Of a stretch of DNA of 64,000 nt, positions 27,697 through 37,283 are shown piece by piece. Origin of the DNA: Prevotella sp. (GTDB lineage: Bacteria > Bacteroidota > Bacteroidia > Bacteroidales > Bacteroidaceae); the NCBI GenBank assembly GCA_017467565.1, contig JAFUSV010000001.1, positions 6,744 to 70,743 on the forward strand. Reading direction: 5' to 3'. Position numbers and translations under genes: made by a program. The first letter of the stretch is position 1. Each line of letters starts with the position of its first letter. The notes under the pieces are model-generated. The model was not told the DNA's origin. It worked only from the letters and a program-made list of their open reading frames with translations, and made no database searches.

Positions 27697-30258
27697 TCAC
27701 ATTTCTACACGATAGCTTCCGCTCCCATACTCCTTCGGCTCGCTCTTGCCGGGCAACCAGACGGTGGCGGTGGCGCCACGGGGAATGGTGAAGTGCCACG
27801 TGCAGCGGTCGCCGTCGTAGCGCCAACTGCTCTTGATGGTGCCTGCCGGCGATCGGTATTCGGCCGTCAGATGACCCAGTCGGCGGTCGGGCACGGGACG
27901 CAGGATGATATGTCGGAAGCCAGGCTGACGCGGGTCGGCATTGATGCCTGCTGCCGTCTGCCACAGCCACTGGCACACGCAGCCGTAGGCATAGTGGTTG
28001 AACGAGTTCATGCCCTGCGGACCCATGCCGCGGTCGGCCATGTAGCTGTTCCACCGTTCCCAGATGGTGGTGGCCCCCTGGTCTACGGAGTAGAGCCATG
28101 AGGGGTTCTTACGCTGGAAGAGCAGGTCGTAGGCCACGTCGGTCAGCCCCACGTCTGTCAGTGTCTGCATCAGTATCGAGGTGCCGAGGAAACCTGTCTG
28201 CAGACAGCCGCCGTGGTCAGCAAAGTTCTGGCGCAGCCGGCTGATCATCCGCTCACGGGCGTCGCTGCTGACCAGTTGTAGTTTCAGGGCGAAGAGCGCG
28301 GGCGTCTGCATGGTGTTGAGGATGTCGTTCGTAAACAGGCCGTCGGCCGTGAAGAAGGTGGTCTTCAGATAGTCTTTTGCCTCGTCAGCCATGTTGCGGT
28401 AGCCGTTGGCATAGCGTCCTGTGGCCTCAGCCATGTCGGCCATCATCTCGGCATCCATGGCCCAGTAGCAGGCACTGAGGTAGTTCCAGTAGCTGATGGC
28501 ATCGGGCAAGGGCTTGCCGTCCTTGAAGGCCCCGCCGCCGCAGCTCTCCAGCGGTTCGTAACTCAGCCAGTCGGCCCATTGGTAGTTGCCGTTCTCGCTG
28601 CTCAGTGCCTCGTGGTCGTATTTGACGGCAGCCACATGCTGGATGAACTTCTCCATGGCCTGCCAGTTCTCGTCGATAATCTCCGTGTCGGCAAACTGCT
28701 TCCACACCGTCCAGGGCACGATGATGCCTGCATCGGTCCAGCCCAGTCGGCACATCTCGTTGCCGTACTGTCCCAGGGGAGCCACGCCCGGGAAACCGCC
28801 CTGGGGGCTCTGCGTGTCGCGCATGTCGCGCATCCATTTATGGAAGAACCGGCGCGTGTCGGCGAAGTAGGTGCCCGTCTCGGTAAATACCTGTGTGTCG
28901 GCCGTCCATCCCAGTCGTTCGTTGCGCTGCGGACAGTCGGTGGGCACGGAGAGGTAGTTGGAGCGTTGTCCCCAAATAGTGTTCTCTATGAGCCTGTTCA
29001 CCAGCTCATGGCCGGTGGTGATATGCCCAGTCTCCATATCCTTGGCTATCGACGTGACAGGCACCGACCGAATGCTGCGGATGGTGACGGGTGCCGTGGC
29101 CGTGATGGCGAGGAAACGGTAGCCGAAGAAGGTGGAGCGAGGGGTGAAGGTCTCGCCCTGACGATTGCCTGCAAAGGTGTAGTCCAGTCGCATGCCTGTC
29201 TTCGGTATGCGCAGGTTGTCGCGGTGAACACTGCCCTCCGGTCCGTCCATGCCACGGCTGCGGGCACCGTTGCCGTCGTTGAGCAGTTCGCCAGGCAAGC
29301 AGGTGAGCACCGTGCCGTTATCGCCTCTGAACGAGAAGTGAGGTACAGCTGCGCAGTTCTGTCCGAAGTCTACGACCAGTGTCTCACCGCGGTCCAGCTC
29401 TATCGTCTGTCCCGCCCGGTATTCGCGGTCAATGACCACCCGTCCGTAGGCCTCGTCGCTGGCGTTCTCCACCTTATTATAAATATAAGCCCTGACAGGA
29501 CTGAGTGCCAGGTCCTCGCGCTGGTAGACCTCGGCGCCGTCGCTGGGCAGAATGTCACCCTGGAACTCCGTGTTCACTTCGGGTCGGCTCAGCTTCTCGG
29601 GCGTCAGGAATCCCAGCGGCTGACGGGCGTCGTAGGCCTCACCGTCGAAGATGGCGGCATGGGTGACGGGTCCCGCCGTGCCTGCCTGCCAGAGGTCAGG
29701 GTTGGTGACGTAGTCCCTGGTCGTGCCGTCGGCATACTCCAGTCGCAGCACACAGCGGAAGGCACACTTCTTGCCCAGCATGCCGTCGTGTCCCCAGGGC
29801 GTCACTATCTTGTCGGCCCACCAGCCCGGCGTCACCTGTGCGGCCAGCTGGTTCTGCTGTCCCGCCTTGCGTTTCAGCAGCGGCGTGATGTCGTAGGTGA
29901 ACGAGCGGCGTGTCTTCAGCGGATGGGTGAAGCCAGGCTTCAGCACCTCGTCGCCCACCATACGTCCGTTGACATACAGTTCGTAGGTGCCCAGTGCCGT
30001 GGTCATCCACGTGGCCTTCTTCACACGGGCATCGTTGGTGACCGTCGTCGTAAACCAGCTGGCACCGTCGGCGGCCCGTCCGTTCTCATGGTCGTTGATC
30101 TGTCCGGTCACGACCTGAGCGTCTCTTGCCGACAGCCATTGTGACGTGCCCCAGGCATTGTCGTCGAGGGCTTGGGTGCGGTTCTGTGCTACGGTCTGCA
30201 CCGTTGTCTGTGTGGTGCACAGCATAGCGAGGAGTAATAGTTTCTTCACGGTGTTCAT
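27697..30258 (-). CDS. GH78 alpha-L-rhamnosidase
   Basis: DFGQN, SVPTDCPQRNERLGWTAD, TTIWERWN, MNSFNHYAYG. Confidence 0.95.
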   Translation of the reverse strand: MNTVKKLLLLAMLCTTQTTVQTVAQNRTQALDDNAWGTSQWLSARDAQVVTGQINDHENGRAADGASWFTTTVTNDARVKKATWMTTALGTYELYVNGRMVGDEVLKPGFTHPLKTRRSFTYDITPLLKRKAGQQNQLAAQVTPGWWADKIVTPWGHDGMLGKKCAFRCVLRLEYADGTTRDYVTNPDLWQAGTAGPVTHAAIFDGEAYDARQPLGFLTPEKLSRPEVNTEFQGDILPSDGAEVYQREDLALSPVRAYIYNKVENASDEAYGRVVIDREYRAGQTIELDRGETLVVDFGQNCAAVPHFSFRGDNGTVLTCLPGELLNDGNGARSRGMDGPEGSVHRDNLRIPKTGMRLDYTFAGNRQGETFTPRSTFFGYRFLAITATAPVTIRSIRSVPVTSIAKDMETGHITTGHELVNRLIENTIWGQRSNYLSVPTDCPQRNERLGWTADTQVFTETGTYFADTRRFFHKWMRDMRDTQSPQGGFPGVAPLGQYGNEMCRLGWTDAGIIVPWTVWKQFADTEIIDENWQAMEKFIQHVAAVKYDHEALSSENGNYQWADWLSYEPLESCGGGAFKDGKPLPDAISYWNYLSACYWAMDAEMMADMAEATGRYANGYRNMADEAKDYLKTTFFTADGLFTNDILNTMQTPALFALKLQLVSSDARERMISRLRQNFADHGGCLQTGFLGTSILMQTLTDVGLTDVAYDLLFQRKNPSWLYSVDQGATTIWERWNSYMADRGMGPQGMNSFNHYAYGCVCQWLWQTAAGINADPRQPGFRHIILRPVPDRRLGHLTAEYRSPAGTIKSSWRYDGDRCTWHFTIPRGATATVWLPGKSEPKEYGSGSYRVEM

Positions 30259-30405
30259 ATCAATTTCTATGGCTGTTTTAAGTTCGTGTTATCATTCAGT
30301 GCGGCAAAGATACGAAATTCTTTTCTGCCTCCCTGTCATTTTTGTACTAAAAAACGTTACTATCCTCATTATTTACCGTTTTTTTTCCTGACATTCATCA
30401 AACAG

Positions 30406-30441
30406 AGCTGCGGTAAGTACATAGGCAAGACTTACCGCAGC
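30406..30441 (-). terminator. Intrinsic terminator ending the PUL-A downstream operon
   Basis: GCTGCGGTAAGT...ACTTACCGCAGC 12-bp stem. Confidence 0.7.
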
Positions 30442-30494
30442 ATTTGAAATAAAATCAACTACTAACTAAATAACTTTTAAACTATGCTTATTCA

Positions 30495-30668
30495 TCAAAC
30501 TTCGTCATCGTCCCAGACGCTGTAGGTGCGTGAGGCGGCATTGCTGGCATCGCCGTTGGTTTCGGGCGTGTCGAAGGTGACGGTGCGTCCCCTTGCCGAG
30601 AGGCCCATCAGGGGTTCTGACTGCAACAAATCAATCGCGATTTGCGGTTTCTGATATTGTTTTTTCAT
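30495..30668 (-). CDS. 57-aa small peptide (not in ORF track)
   Basis: MKKQYQKPQIAIDLLQSEPLMGLSARGRTVTFDTPETNGDASNAASRTYSVWDDDEV, with AAGGAGG upstream of the ATG. Confidence 0.75.
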   Translation of the reverse strand: MKKQYQKPQIAIDLLQSEPLMGLSARGRTVTFDTPETNGDASNAASRTYSVWDDDEV

Positions 30669-30686
30669 AATGTCCTCCTTCCATGA

Positions 30687-32525
30687 TTACTTTCTGATAT
30701 ACTTCTTGCCCTGGCTGACGACGATGCCCTTGGCATTGCCGGTCTTGCGTCCGTCGAGGGTATAGGATGCTTCCGCTGTTCGGGGAGCGGGAGCAACGAG
30801 GTTGATGCCCGTCGTCGTACCGTCGTCGAAGACGATGCGGGCAGCAGCACCTGCAGGCACCTGGAAGTAGGCGCGCATGCCCTTCATGGTCTTGGTGGCA
30901 TCGGCAGGAGAGGCCAGGTTGCCATTGGTCTGCAGGAAGAGGTTGGTGCCGTCGGTCTTCAGTTCAACGGGGCTGTAGGTGCCCGTGAACTTATAGCTGC
31001 CGTTACCTACGCTCTGCGCCTCGGTGTCGGTCATGGTGATGCCACTGAGGATGATGTCAGGACCAGTGGTCGTGGCAGGCTTGATGAGACAGGGCATGCC
31101 AGCCTCGATGGTGGTTGCCTCCTCGAAATACATCACGTCGCCCTCAACACTCTTCAGCTTCGTGATCTTGGTATCGCTGCCGAAGGCTTTAGTCACCTGT
31201 GTGGCCGTCATCGAGAAGGGCACGCAGAACGTGTTCCAGTAGTCGGCCGACAGTGTGCGGTTCAGTTTCACGGTGATATCGCTGGCAGGTGCCACGCTGC
31301 AGGTCATGTTCTCGTCGATGGTCTGGTCGGTGCCCAGATAGGTGAGGTGGAAGTTGTCGACCACTGTCCACTCGTTGGCCACGGCATCGCCTTCCTTGAT
31401 GATGCCGAGCTTCAGAGTGCCGTCGGTCACCACGACCTCGATTTCCTCGTTCACATAGCCACAATAGCGGTTGACCACCACCGATGCCAGCACGTCAGAG
31501 CCATGGTTCATAAAGGTGTATTCTCCTATATCATACGTCTTCTGGACAGTTAGCGGATAGGTGCCGTCGCCAGAGGTATGACCCTGGCACATGGGCTCGT
31601 CGAAGGGCGACATGAGGGCTTTCCTCTCATTGTTGGCAAAATAGAAGACACGCTGCTCATTGGAACCATTTTTTATTAAATCAGCCACTGCATCGTAGAA
31701 TCCACCGAGATAGAAGCCCTGGAGGTTGAAGTGGTAGATGCCGTTGGGCAGACCGGTGAGTTGGATGGAGAGTTCTTTTCCATCGGGAATGCCTTGACTG
31801 GGAGTAGAGTTCTGCATGATGCTGTTGCCCATACGCCAGTTGCCGTCAGCCTCACCTTTGAGCGTGAATCCGTCATTGGTCCACAGAGTAGCGCGCTCGT
31901 TGTTTTTGGCAAAATCGGCATTAGGCACCAGCCAGGAGGCATCCTGTGGTGTGGTTCTTGAAGCATCGGCCACCATCTTTGCCAGTCGTTCCTCCTTGCT
32001 GACTATCTGCCATGTGTTCAGCAGCGTCGGTGTGCTGATGTTTGAGTTAGTGGGAAGCTCCAGATAGAAGCGCTGCCCGTTGTCTAAAGGTTGTGTGAAA
32101 AGATTGTTGGCTGAATAGCTATGCGCATATTTCACGGCCCTCAGATAAGTGCTGCCACAGTGGATGGTGTAGCCATTAGAAACGGAGGCATCGCCAGCTT
32201 CGAATATCCATACTCTGTTAGCTGCCTTTTCACTGTCGAAATAGGTTTGGGGCTCGGAGTTCAGGGAGTTTCTTCCAAAGCCGCCGCCCAGGAAGTAACC
32301 TTCGCCGCTGGCCACCATATTAATATCAAGGCCGCGTGTGCCCAGGTTGCCTAAGGGCTGGAAGAAGTTGCACTTGCTGTCGTTGTTCTGCAGCCATAGT
32401 CCGCTCTGCACGTTGTAGAGATAGAACACACCCTCCTGAGGCGTTGTACCGGTATAAGGCGATGTCTGAGCCGTCATACCCAGCGAGGCCATCATGGCCC
32501 CCACTAAAAGAATCATTTTTTTCAT
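30687..32525 (-). CDS. Secreted hypothetical protein with T9SS-like tail
   Basis: Signal peptide, FYLYNVQSG, GLPNGIY, DNFHLTY, WNTFCVPF, YTLDGRK...QGKKYIRK. Confidence 0.8.
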   Translation of the reverse strand: MKKMILLVGAMMASLGMTAQTSPYTGTTPQEGVFYLYNVQSGLWLQNNDSKCNFFQPLGNLGTRGLDINMVASGEGYFLGGGFGRNSLNSEPQTYFDSEKAANRVWIFEAGDASVSNGYTIHCGSTYLRAVKYAHSYSANNLFTQPLDNGQRFYLELPTNSNISTPTLLNTWQIVSKEERLAKMVADASRTTPQDASWLVPNADFAKNNERATLWTNDGFTLKGEADGNWRMGNSIMQNSTPSQGIPDGKELSIQLTGLPNGIYHFNLQGFYLGGFYDAVADLIKNGSNEQRVFYFANNERKALMSPFDEPMCQGHTSGDGTYPLTVQKTYDIGEYTFMNHGSDVLASVVVNRYCGYVNEEIEVVVTDGTLKLGIIKEGDAVANEWTVVDNFHLTYLGTDQTIDENMTCSVAPASDITVKLNRTLSADYWNTFCVPFSMTATQVTKAFGSDTKITKLKSVEGDVMYFEEATTIEAGMPCLIKPATTTGPDIILSGITMTDTEAQSVGNGSYKFTGTYSPVELKTDGTNLFLQTNGNLASPADATKTMKGMRAYFQVPAGAAARIVFDDGTTTGINLVAPAPRTAEASYTLDGRKTGNAKGIVVSQGKKYIRK

Positions 32526-32552
32526 AACTAATGTTGTTTTTTAAAATATGTT

Positions 32553-34085
32553 TTATTTCAATGTTTCCTGTTCGCGCTCGGGGTTGTAGTAGCCGCTGAC
32601 TTGACTGAGGAATTTCTTCTTCAACCGCCGTAGCAGGGCAGGCTTCCTGCGTGCAAGGTCAGTATGCTGCGTGGGGTCGGTCTGCAGGTCGTAGAGGGCC
32701 CAGTCGCTGACCACACCCAGCTCGTTGCCTGTCTCGTTGGTCTCAGGGCCACGATAGGGCGGCACCAGTGCATACTGACGCCAGCGGTAGGCCAGTCGTC
32801 CGCTGGCTTCCACCACGAGGTCGTCGCGGTGCTTCATGCGCTGTCCGAGGAAGGTGTCGAGCATGTCCTTCGAGTCGAGCGAGTCGGGGACGGGCTGGTT
32901 GATAAGCCGTCCGAACGATGCCAGCAGGTCCTGCTGTGAGACGAGCACCGGACTGTTGACATGACGTGTGTGCCCTTTCCAATAGACGAAGAAAGGAACG
33001 CGTGTGCCGGCATCGAAGAGGCTGTACTTGCCCCCTCGCAGCGAGCCGTTGGGGTCGTGCATGAAACGGGTATCGCGCGAGCCGTCCTCATAGCCGTCGT
33101 CGAGCACCGGTCCGTTGTCGGAGGTGAAGACGATGAGCGTGTTATCCAGCAAATGGCTCTCTTCCAGCTTCTTGATAATCTGTCCCACGCACCAGTCGGC
33201 CTCGACCACCACGTCGCCTCGGGGACCGAGTTGCGTGGAGCCTGCAAAGCGTGGATCAGCCGTGCGGGGCACATGAGGCTGGTGCAGGCCGTAGTAGAGG
33301 AAGAAGGGCTCGTTCAGTCTGCTTACCGAGTCAATGAACCAGCAGGAACGGTCAAGGAAATACTGGGCCATCTCGTCGTCCTTCCACCGTGCCCGCTCGC
33401 CCCCTTTCATATAGCCGATGCGGGGGATGCCGTTGACGACGGTATTCTGGTGACCGTGGCTCCACTGCATCTTCACCAGCTCGGGGTTGGTCAGCGCCGT
33501 GGGTTCGCCAGGGAAAGGCGTGTCGTAGTCCACGTAGATAGGGTCGTTGGCATCGCGTCCCACCACGTCGCCGTTCTCCACATAGACCGTCGGCACACGA
33601 TCGACGGTGGCAGCGATGATGCACGAGTAGTCAAAACCTATCTCGCGTGCCCCCGGGGCTATGTGGCTGTTCCAGTCAATCTTGCCGATGCCCATGCCGA
33701 GGTGCCATTTGCCCACGGCTGCCGTGGCATAGCCTGCCTGCTGGAACATGCGGGGCATGGTGAACTGCTGGGGCGAGATGATCAGCGGCGCATCGCCAGG
33801 CAGAATCTTTGCATTCGCGTTTTTCCAGGGGTACATGCCGGTAAACAGTCCGTAGCGCGACGGTGTAGACGTTGCCGACGTGGCGTGACCGTCGCTCAGG
33901 CACACCCCTTCGTGAGCCAGCCGGTCGATGTTGGGCGTATGGATAGTCGTGTTGCCGTAGGCGCTGACGTCGCCCCATCCCAGGTCGTCGGCCACGATGA
34001 CGATGACGTTGGGCTTCTCCTGCTGTGCCAGTGCGGGCACTGCTGCCGCGAGTGCCGCCAGCACCGTTGTGGTGTTCTTTCTCAT
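32553..34085 (-). CDS. S1 family sulfatase (Ser-type)
   Basis: KPNVIVIVADDLGWGD, STPSRYGLFTG, GKWHLG, FTSDNG, RGGKYS. Confidence 0.95.
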   Translation of the reverse strand: MRKNTTTVLAALAAAVPALAQQEKPNVIVIVADDLGWGDVSAYGNTTIHTPNIDRLAHEGVCLSDGHATSATSTPSRYGLFTGMYPWKNANAKILPGDAPLIISPQQFTMPRMFQQAGYATAAVGKWHLGMGIGKIDWNSHIAPGAREIGFDYSCIIAATVDRVPTVYVENGDVVGRDANDPIYVDYDTPFPGEPTALTNPELVKMQWSHGHQNTVVNGIPRIGYMKGGERARWKDDEMAQYFLDRSCWFIDSVSRLNEPFFLYYGLHQPHVPRTADPRFAGSTQLGPRGDVVVEADWCVGQIIKKLEESHLLDNTLIVFTSDNGPVLDDGYEDGSRDTRFMHDPNGSLRGGKYSLFDAGTRVPFFVYWKGHTRHVNSPVLVSQQDLLASFGRLINQPVPDSLDSKDMLDTFLGQRMKHRDDLVVEASGRLAYRWRQYALVPPYRGPETNETGNELGVVSDWALYDLQTDPTQHTDLARRKPALLRRLKKKFLSQVSGYYNPEREQETLK

Positions 34086-36115
34086 AGGCTTATTCTGTAG
34101 ATGACGAATGCGTTGCCGGGCAGGGTAATCTTATCACCCTTGCTGACAGTAGTTGTCGTAGTGACTGTGCTGACAGCATGGGGCTTCAGCGGTGTCACCC
34201 GCTGTTCGGGTGTGGCAGTGAGGGTCAGAACTTCCGTCTGACGATTCTTGAAGTTCTTGTCGGTTTTCAGTTCAAAGGCCTGAGGCTGTTCGCTCAGATT
34301 GATGATCTTCACCACCATCTGCTTGCGCTGCAGGTCACGTCCTGCGGTGACGAAGAGCGTCTGCTCGCCTTCGCTGTTGGCCACGTCGAATACCTGATCC
34401 ACAGGATTGTCGCGCATCATCTTGCACAGATAGTAGTTGAACGTGCGTGCGCTCACCGTGCTGCTGTTGAGTATCAGCGGCTGCATGTCGTTGCGGTCTA
34501 TGGATTCCCAGTTACGCATCAGAGGTCGGTCGGCCATAATGGGGTTCAGGTCGCCATTGCGCTCCAATCCCATCTTGAAGATACCCTCGGCCAGAATGCT
34601 GCCAGGATAACGGCCCGACGGTCCGCCAACGCCGTTGCTCTGTATGCCCAGCTCGCCGATGAAGATATCGATGCCCTGCCGCTTGTAAACGTCGTACTTA
34701 TGGAAGTTCTGCACGGCCCAGGGGATGTCCTTGTAGTAGTGCTCGTCGTAGATTTCCAGCTCGCTCTTGTCGATAAACTCGTCCATGAAGCGCTCTTTCT
34801 CACCCTCAGTACCCAAAGGACTGTTGGCGATGAAGCGCAGCTGTGGGTAGCGCTGCTTCACGGCTGAGTATATCTGGTGGTACTTCTCGTAATAGACAGG
34901 ACCGAAGTCTTCGTTGCCTATCTCGATATATTTCAGAGGGAAAGGTGCCGGATGTCCGTTCTTGGCACGTTCGGCCCCCCAGCGGCTATCGGTTGGGCCT
35001 ATGGCGTATTCTATGGCGTCGAGCAGGTCGTTGATGTAATAGTTTACGTCGGTCTCCTTGTGGAAGAAATTCCGCTGGTCGTCGCGGTGTACCCATTCCG
35101 TGCAGGCCATGCCCGTCGGGGTGACATACATGGCATCGCAGCCCATGTATTCGCACAGCTCATAGAACTCATGGTAGCCCAGTCCGTCGGTACGGTAGTG
35201 AGGCTCCCACTTGCACCACTGTCCTGGCCTCTGGGCTATGTCGCCGATGGTCTTCTTCCAGTGGTACATCGTCTCCTCGTTCACGCCATGCACGATGCAA
35301 CCGCCAGGGAACCGCAGGAAGTGGGGACGGTAGTCGATGAGGTTCTGCAGCACGTCGGCACGGAACACCGAGCGTCCGCCGTCGTAGGTGTCCGACGGGA
35401 ACATCGACACCATGTCTAACTGGAAGCGTCCGCGTTGCGAGGGGATGATGGTGAGCATGCCGGCAGCAATATTCTTTGTCGGCACGAGTTCACAATCGTA
35501 TTTCGTCCATTGTCCTTTCCCGATGGTGAACGACTTGGCTTCCGACACGGCCCGTCCATCCTCGTCGGAGAGTCGGAAGGCGACGGTACCCTCGTAGCCC
35601 TCGGTACGGGCATAGAACGACAGGCGGCAGGCCACGCCCTGCTTGAAGGCCATGCCGTTGTAGCCCCGGTTGTGGATGGCGGCACGCCCCAGGTCGTTGC
35701 TGATGACATTGACAGCCATCGAGTGCGGGTTCTGGTCGTTCAGCGGGTGTCGGTCGGTGCAGGTGATGCGTATGGGACTGTTGGACAGCGGTGTGGTGAC
35801 CCATCCCACCAGCGGGTCTATCTGATAGACGCGCTTGTTGGGGTGCCCGGGATTGGGCACGTCCTTATACTGTCCGTTCTCGATGACAAGTCCCCCAGGG
35901 AGATTGGCTTCCTCGAAACCACGGTTGCGTACCATCTCGGCATAGAGTCCGCCCTCGCCGATATTTCCTATCTCTTCGTAGTGCCAGCCATAGATCATGC
36001 GCGACACCTTCTTTGCCTTTGCCGTGGTGATGGTCACACTATGGTTCTGGGCCTGGATGCCTGTGGCCATAAGTGCTGTCAGCACTACAGCGGTAAAACA
36101 TTTGTTTGTCTTCAT
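34082..36115 (-). CDS. GH51 alpha-L-arabinofuranosidase
   Basis: GGLYAEMVRNRGFE, FLRFPGGC, IEIGNE, DEHYY, IGE. Confidence 0.92.
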   Translation of the reverse strand: MKTNKCFTAVVLTALMATGIQAQNHSVTITTAKAKKVSRMIYGWHYEEIGNIGEGGLYAEMVRNRGFEEANLPGGLVIENGQYKDVPNPGHPNKRVYQIDPLVGWVTTPLSNSPIRITCTDRHPLNDQNPHSMAVNVISNDLGRAAIHNRGYNGMAFKQGVACRLSFYARTEGYEGTVAFRLSDEDGRAVSEAKSFTIGKGQWTKYDCELVPTKNIAAGMLTIIPSQRGRFQLDMVSMFPSDTYDGGRSVFRADVLQNLIDYRPHFLRFPGGCIVHGVNEETMYHWKKTIGDIAQRPGQWCKWEPHYRTDGLGYHEFYELCEYMGCDAMYVTPTGMACTEWVHRDDQRNFFHKETDVNYYINDLLDAIEYAIGPTDSRWGAERAKNGHPAPFPLKYIEIGNEDFGPVYYEKYHQIYSAVKQRYPQLRFIANSPLGTEGEKERFMDEFIDKSELEIYDEHYYKDIPWAVQNFHKYDVYKRQGIDIFIGELGIQSNGVGGPSGRYPGSILAEGIFKMGLERNGDLNPIMADRPLMRNWESIDRNDMQPLILNSSTVSARTFNYYLCKMMRDNPVDQVFDVANSEGEQTLFVTAGRDLQRKQMVVKIINLSEQPQAFELKTDKNFKNRQTEVLTLTATPEQRVTPLKPHAVSTVTTTTTVSKGDKITLPGNAFVIYRISL

Positions 36116-36116
36116 A

Positions 36117-37283
36117 TTATTGTGTTTTTTTTGTTACTCTCTTATAGTCGATGGCGAAGCGTCCCTTCCTGAACTTCATAGGTACGATGCCGGGTCGGCA
36201 TGTCTGCTTGTACTCCTTGGCCTGAGCGCCTCGTGGATTGAAGAAGATGGTAGCCCACCACTGCCCCTGCTTGTCGCGGAACAGGTTGTTATGCCCACCG
36301 CCGGTGATGGCGTTATAGCGCGGGGAATAGGGTCCGTAGATATTGTCGGCCGATGCGATGATGCAGTCATAGCTGTAGCGGGTGCGGTTGTCATCTACTG
36401 CGGGGCAGTAGGTGGCCGTGCCGTCGTCGAGACGGTGCGACCATATAGCCTGCACCAGGTGATAGCGGCCCCCTTCCTTGCAGATGAACGCCCCTTCGAT
36501 GTAGGGTTCAGGGCTATAGGCCGTCTCCTGAATCCTGCGCAGCGGTTCGTCCAGCCCCGACATGTCGGCTTTCATTCTGGCTATATAGTGGTTGTGGCCT
36601 ACGAAATAGACCGTGCCGTCTTCATCTTCAAAGAGTGAGCCGTCGATATTATCGAACAGCGGCCCTTCCTCGTTGTCCTTGATGTTCACATAGGGACCTT
36701 CGGGTCCGCCCGATGTGCTCCTGAGTACGAACGAGCCTTTCCCGCCCGTCTTCGAGTCGTTCATGCAGGCCACGATGAACCAGCATTTCTGACTTTTCAG
36801 GTAGTGCAGTTCGGGAGCCCAGACAGCCCTGAAACGGTTGTCCATAATGTCGCCGTTCAGCGAGCGTTTAGGATAGCGTTCGTCCTCGCCAAACACCTTG
36901 GCTTCACGCTGCCAGGTGCCATCGTGGTCGAGCGACCACACCCGTCCTATCGGTGTCCACTCCTTCATGTCCTTCGAGCGGAACACGTAGATGCCATCGT
37001 TCCAGTCCCAGCAGTGGGTACGTCCTGGGAACACCCTCTCAGGGTCGGCTGTAGTACCTGTGAGGTAGTAGTAGCCGTCGGGGCCCAGCGTCATCCATGT
37101 GTCGCGCATCCAGTAGTCCATCACGGGTTCCGTGGCCAGTGGCAGGCGCGTATGGCGGTCGGCGGTGCGTGCCTGTCCGTAGGGGGCGTTGTCGATGGTC
37201 GGTGCCGAGGCCGCAGGCCATGCCATGAGCATGGCGGCCAGCATGCCAGTCTTGAAGAATAGCGTTGTCTTTTTGCTTGTCAT
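36117..37283 (-). CDS. GH43 glycoside hydrolase
   Basis: MRDT...YYYLTGTT, WAPELHY, IDGSLFEDEDG, EGAF, GGHNN. Confidence 0.9.
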   Translation of the reverse strand: MTSKKTTLFFKTGMLAAMLMAWPAASAPTIDNAPYGQARTADRHTRLPLATEPVMDYWMRDTWMTLGPDGYYYLTGTTADPERVFPGRTHCWDWNDGIYVFRSKDMKEWTPIGRVWSLDHDGTWQREAKVFGEDERYPKRSLNGDIMDNRFRAVWAPELHYLKSQKCWFIVACMNDSKTGGKGSFVLRSTSGGPEGPYVNIKDNEEGPLFDNIDGSLFEDEDGTVYFVGHNHYIARMKADMSGLDEPLRRIQETAYSPEPYIEGAFICKEGGRYHLVQAIWSHRLDDGTATYCPAVDDNRTRYSYDCIIASADNIYGPYSPRYNAITGGGHNNLFRDKQGQWWATIFFNPRGAQAKEYKQTCRPGIVPMKFRKGRFAIDYKRVTKKTQ

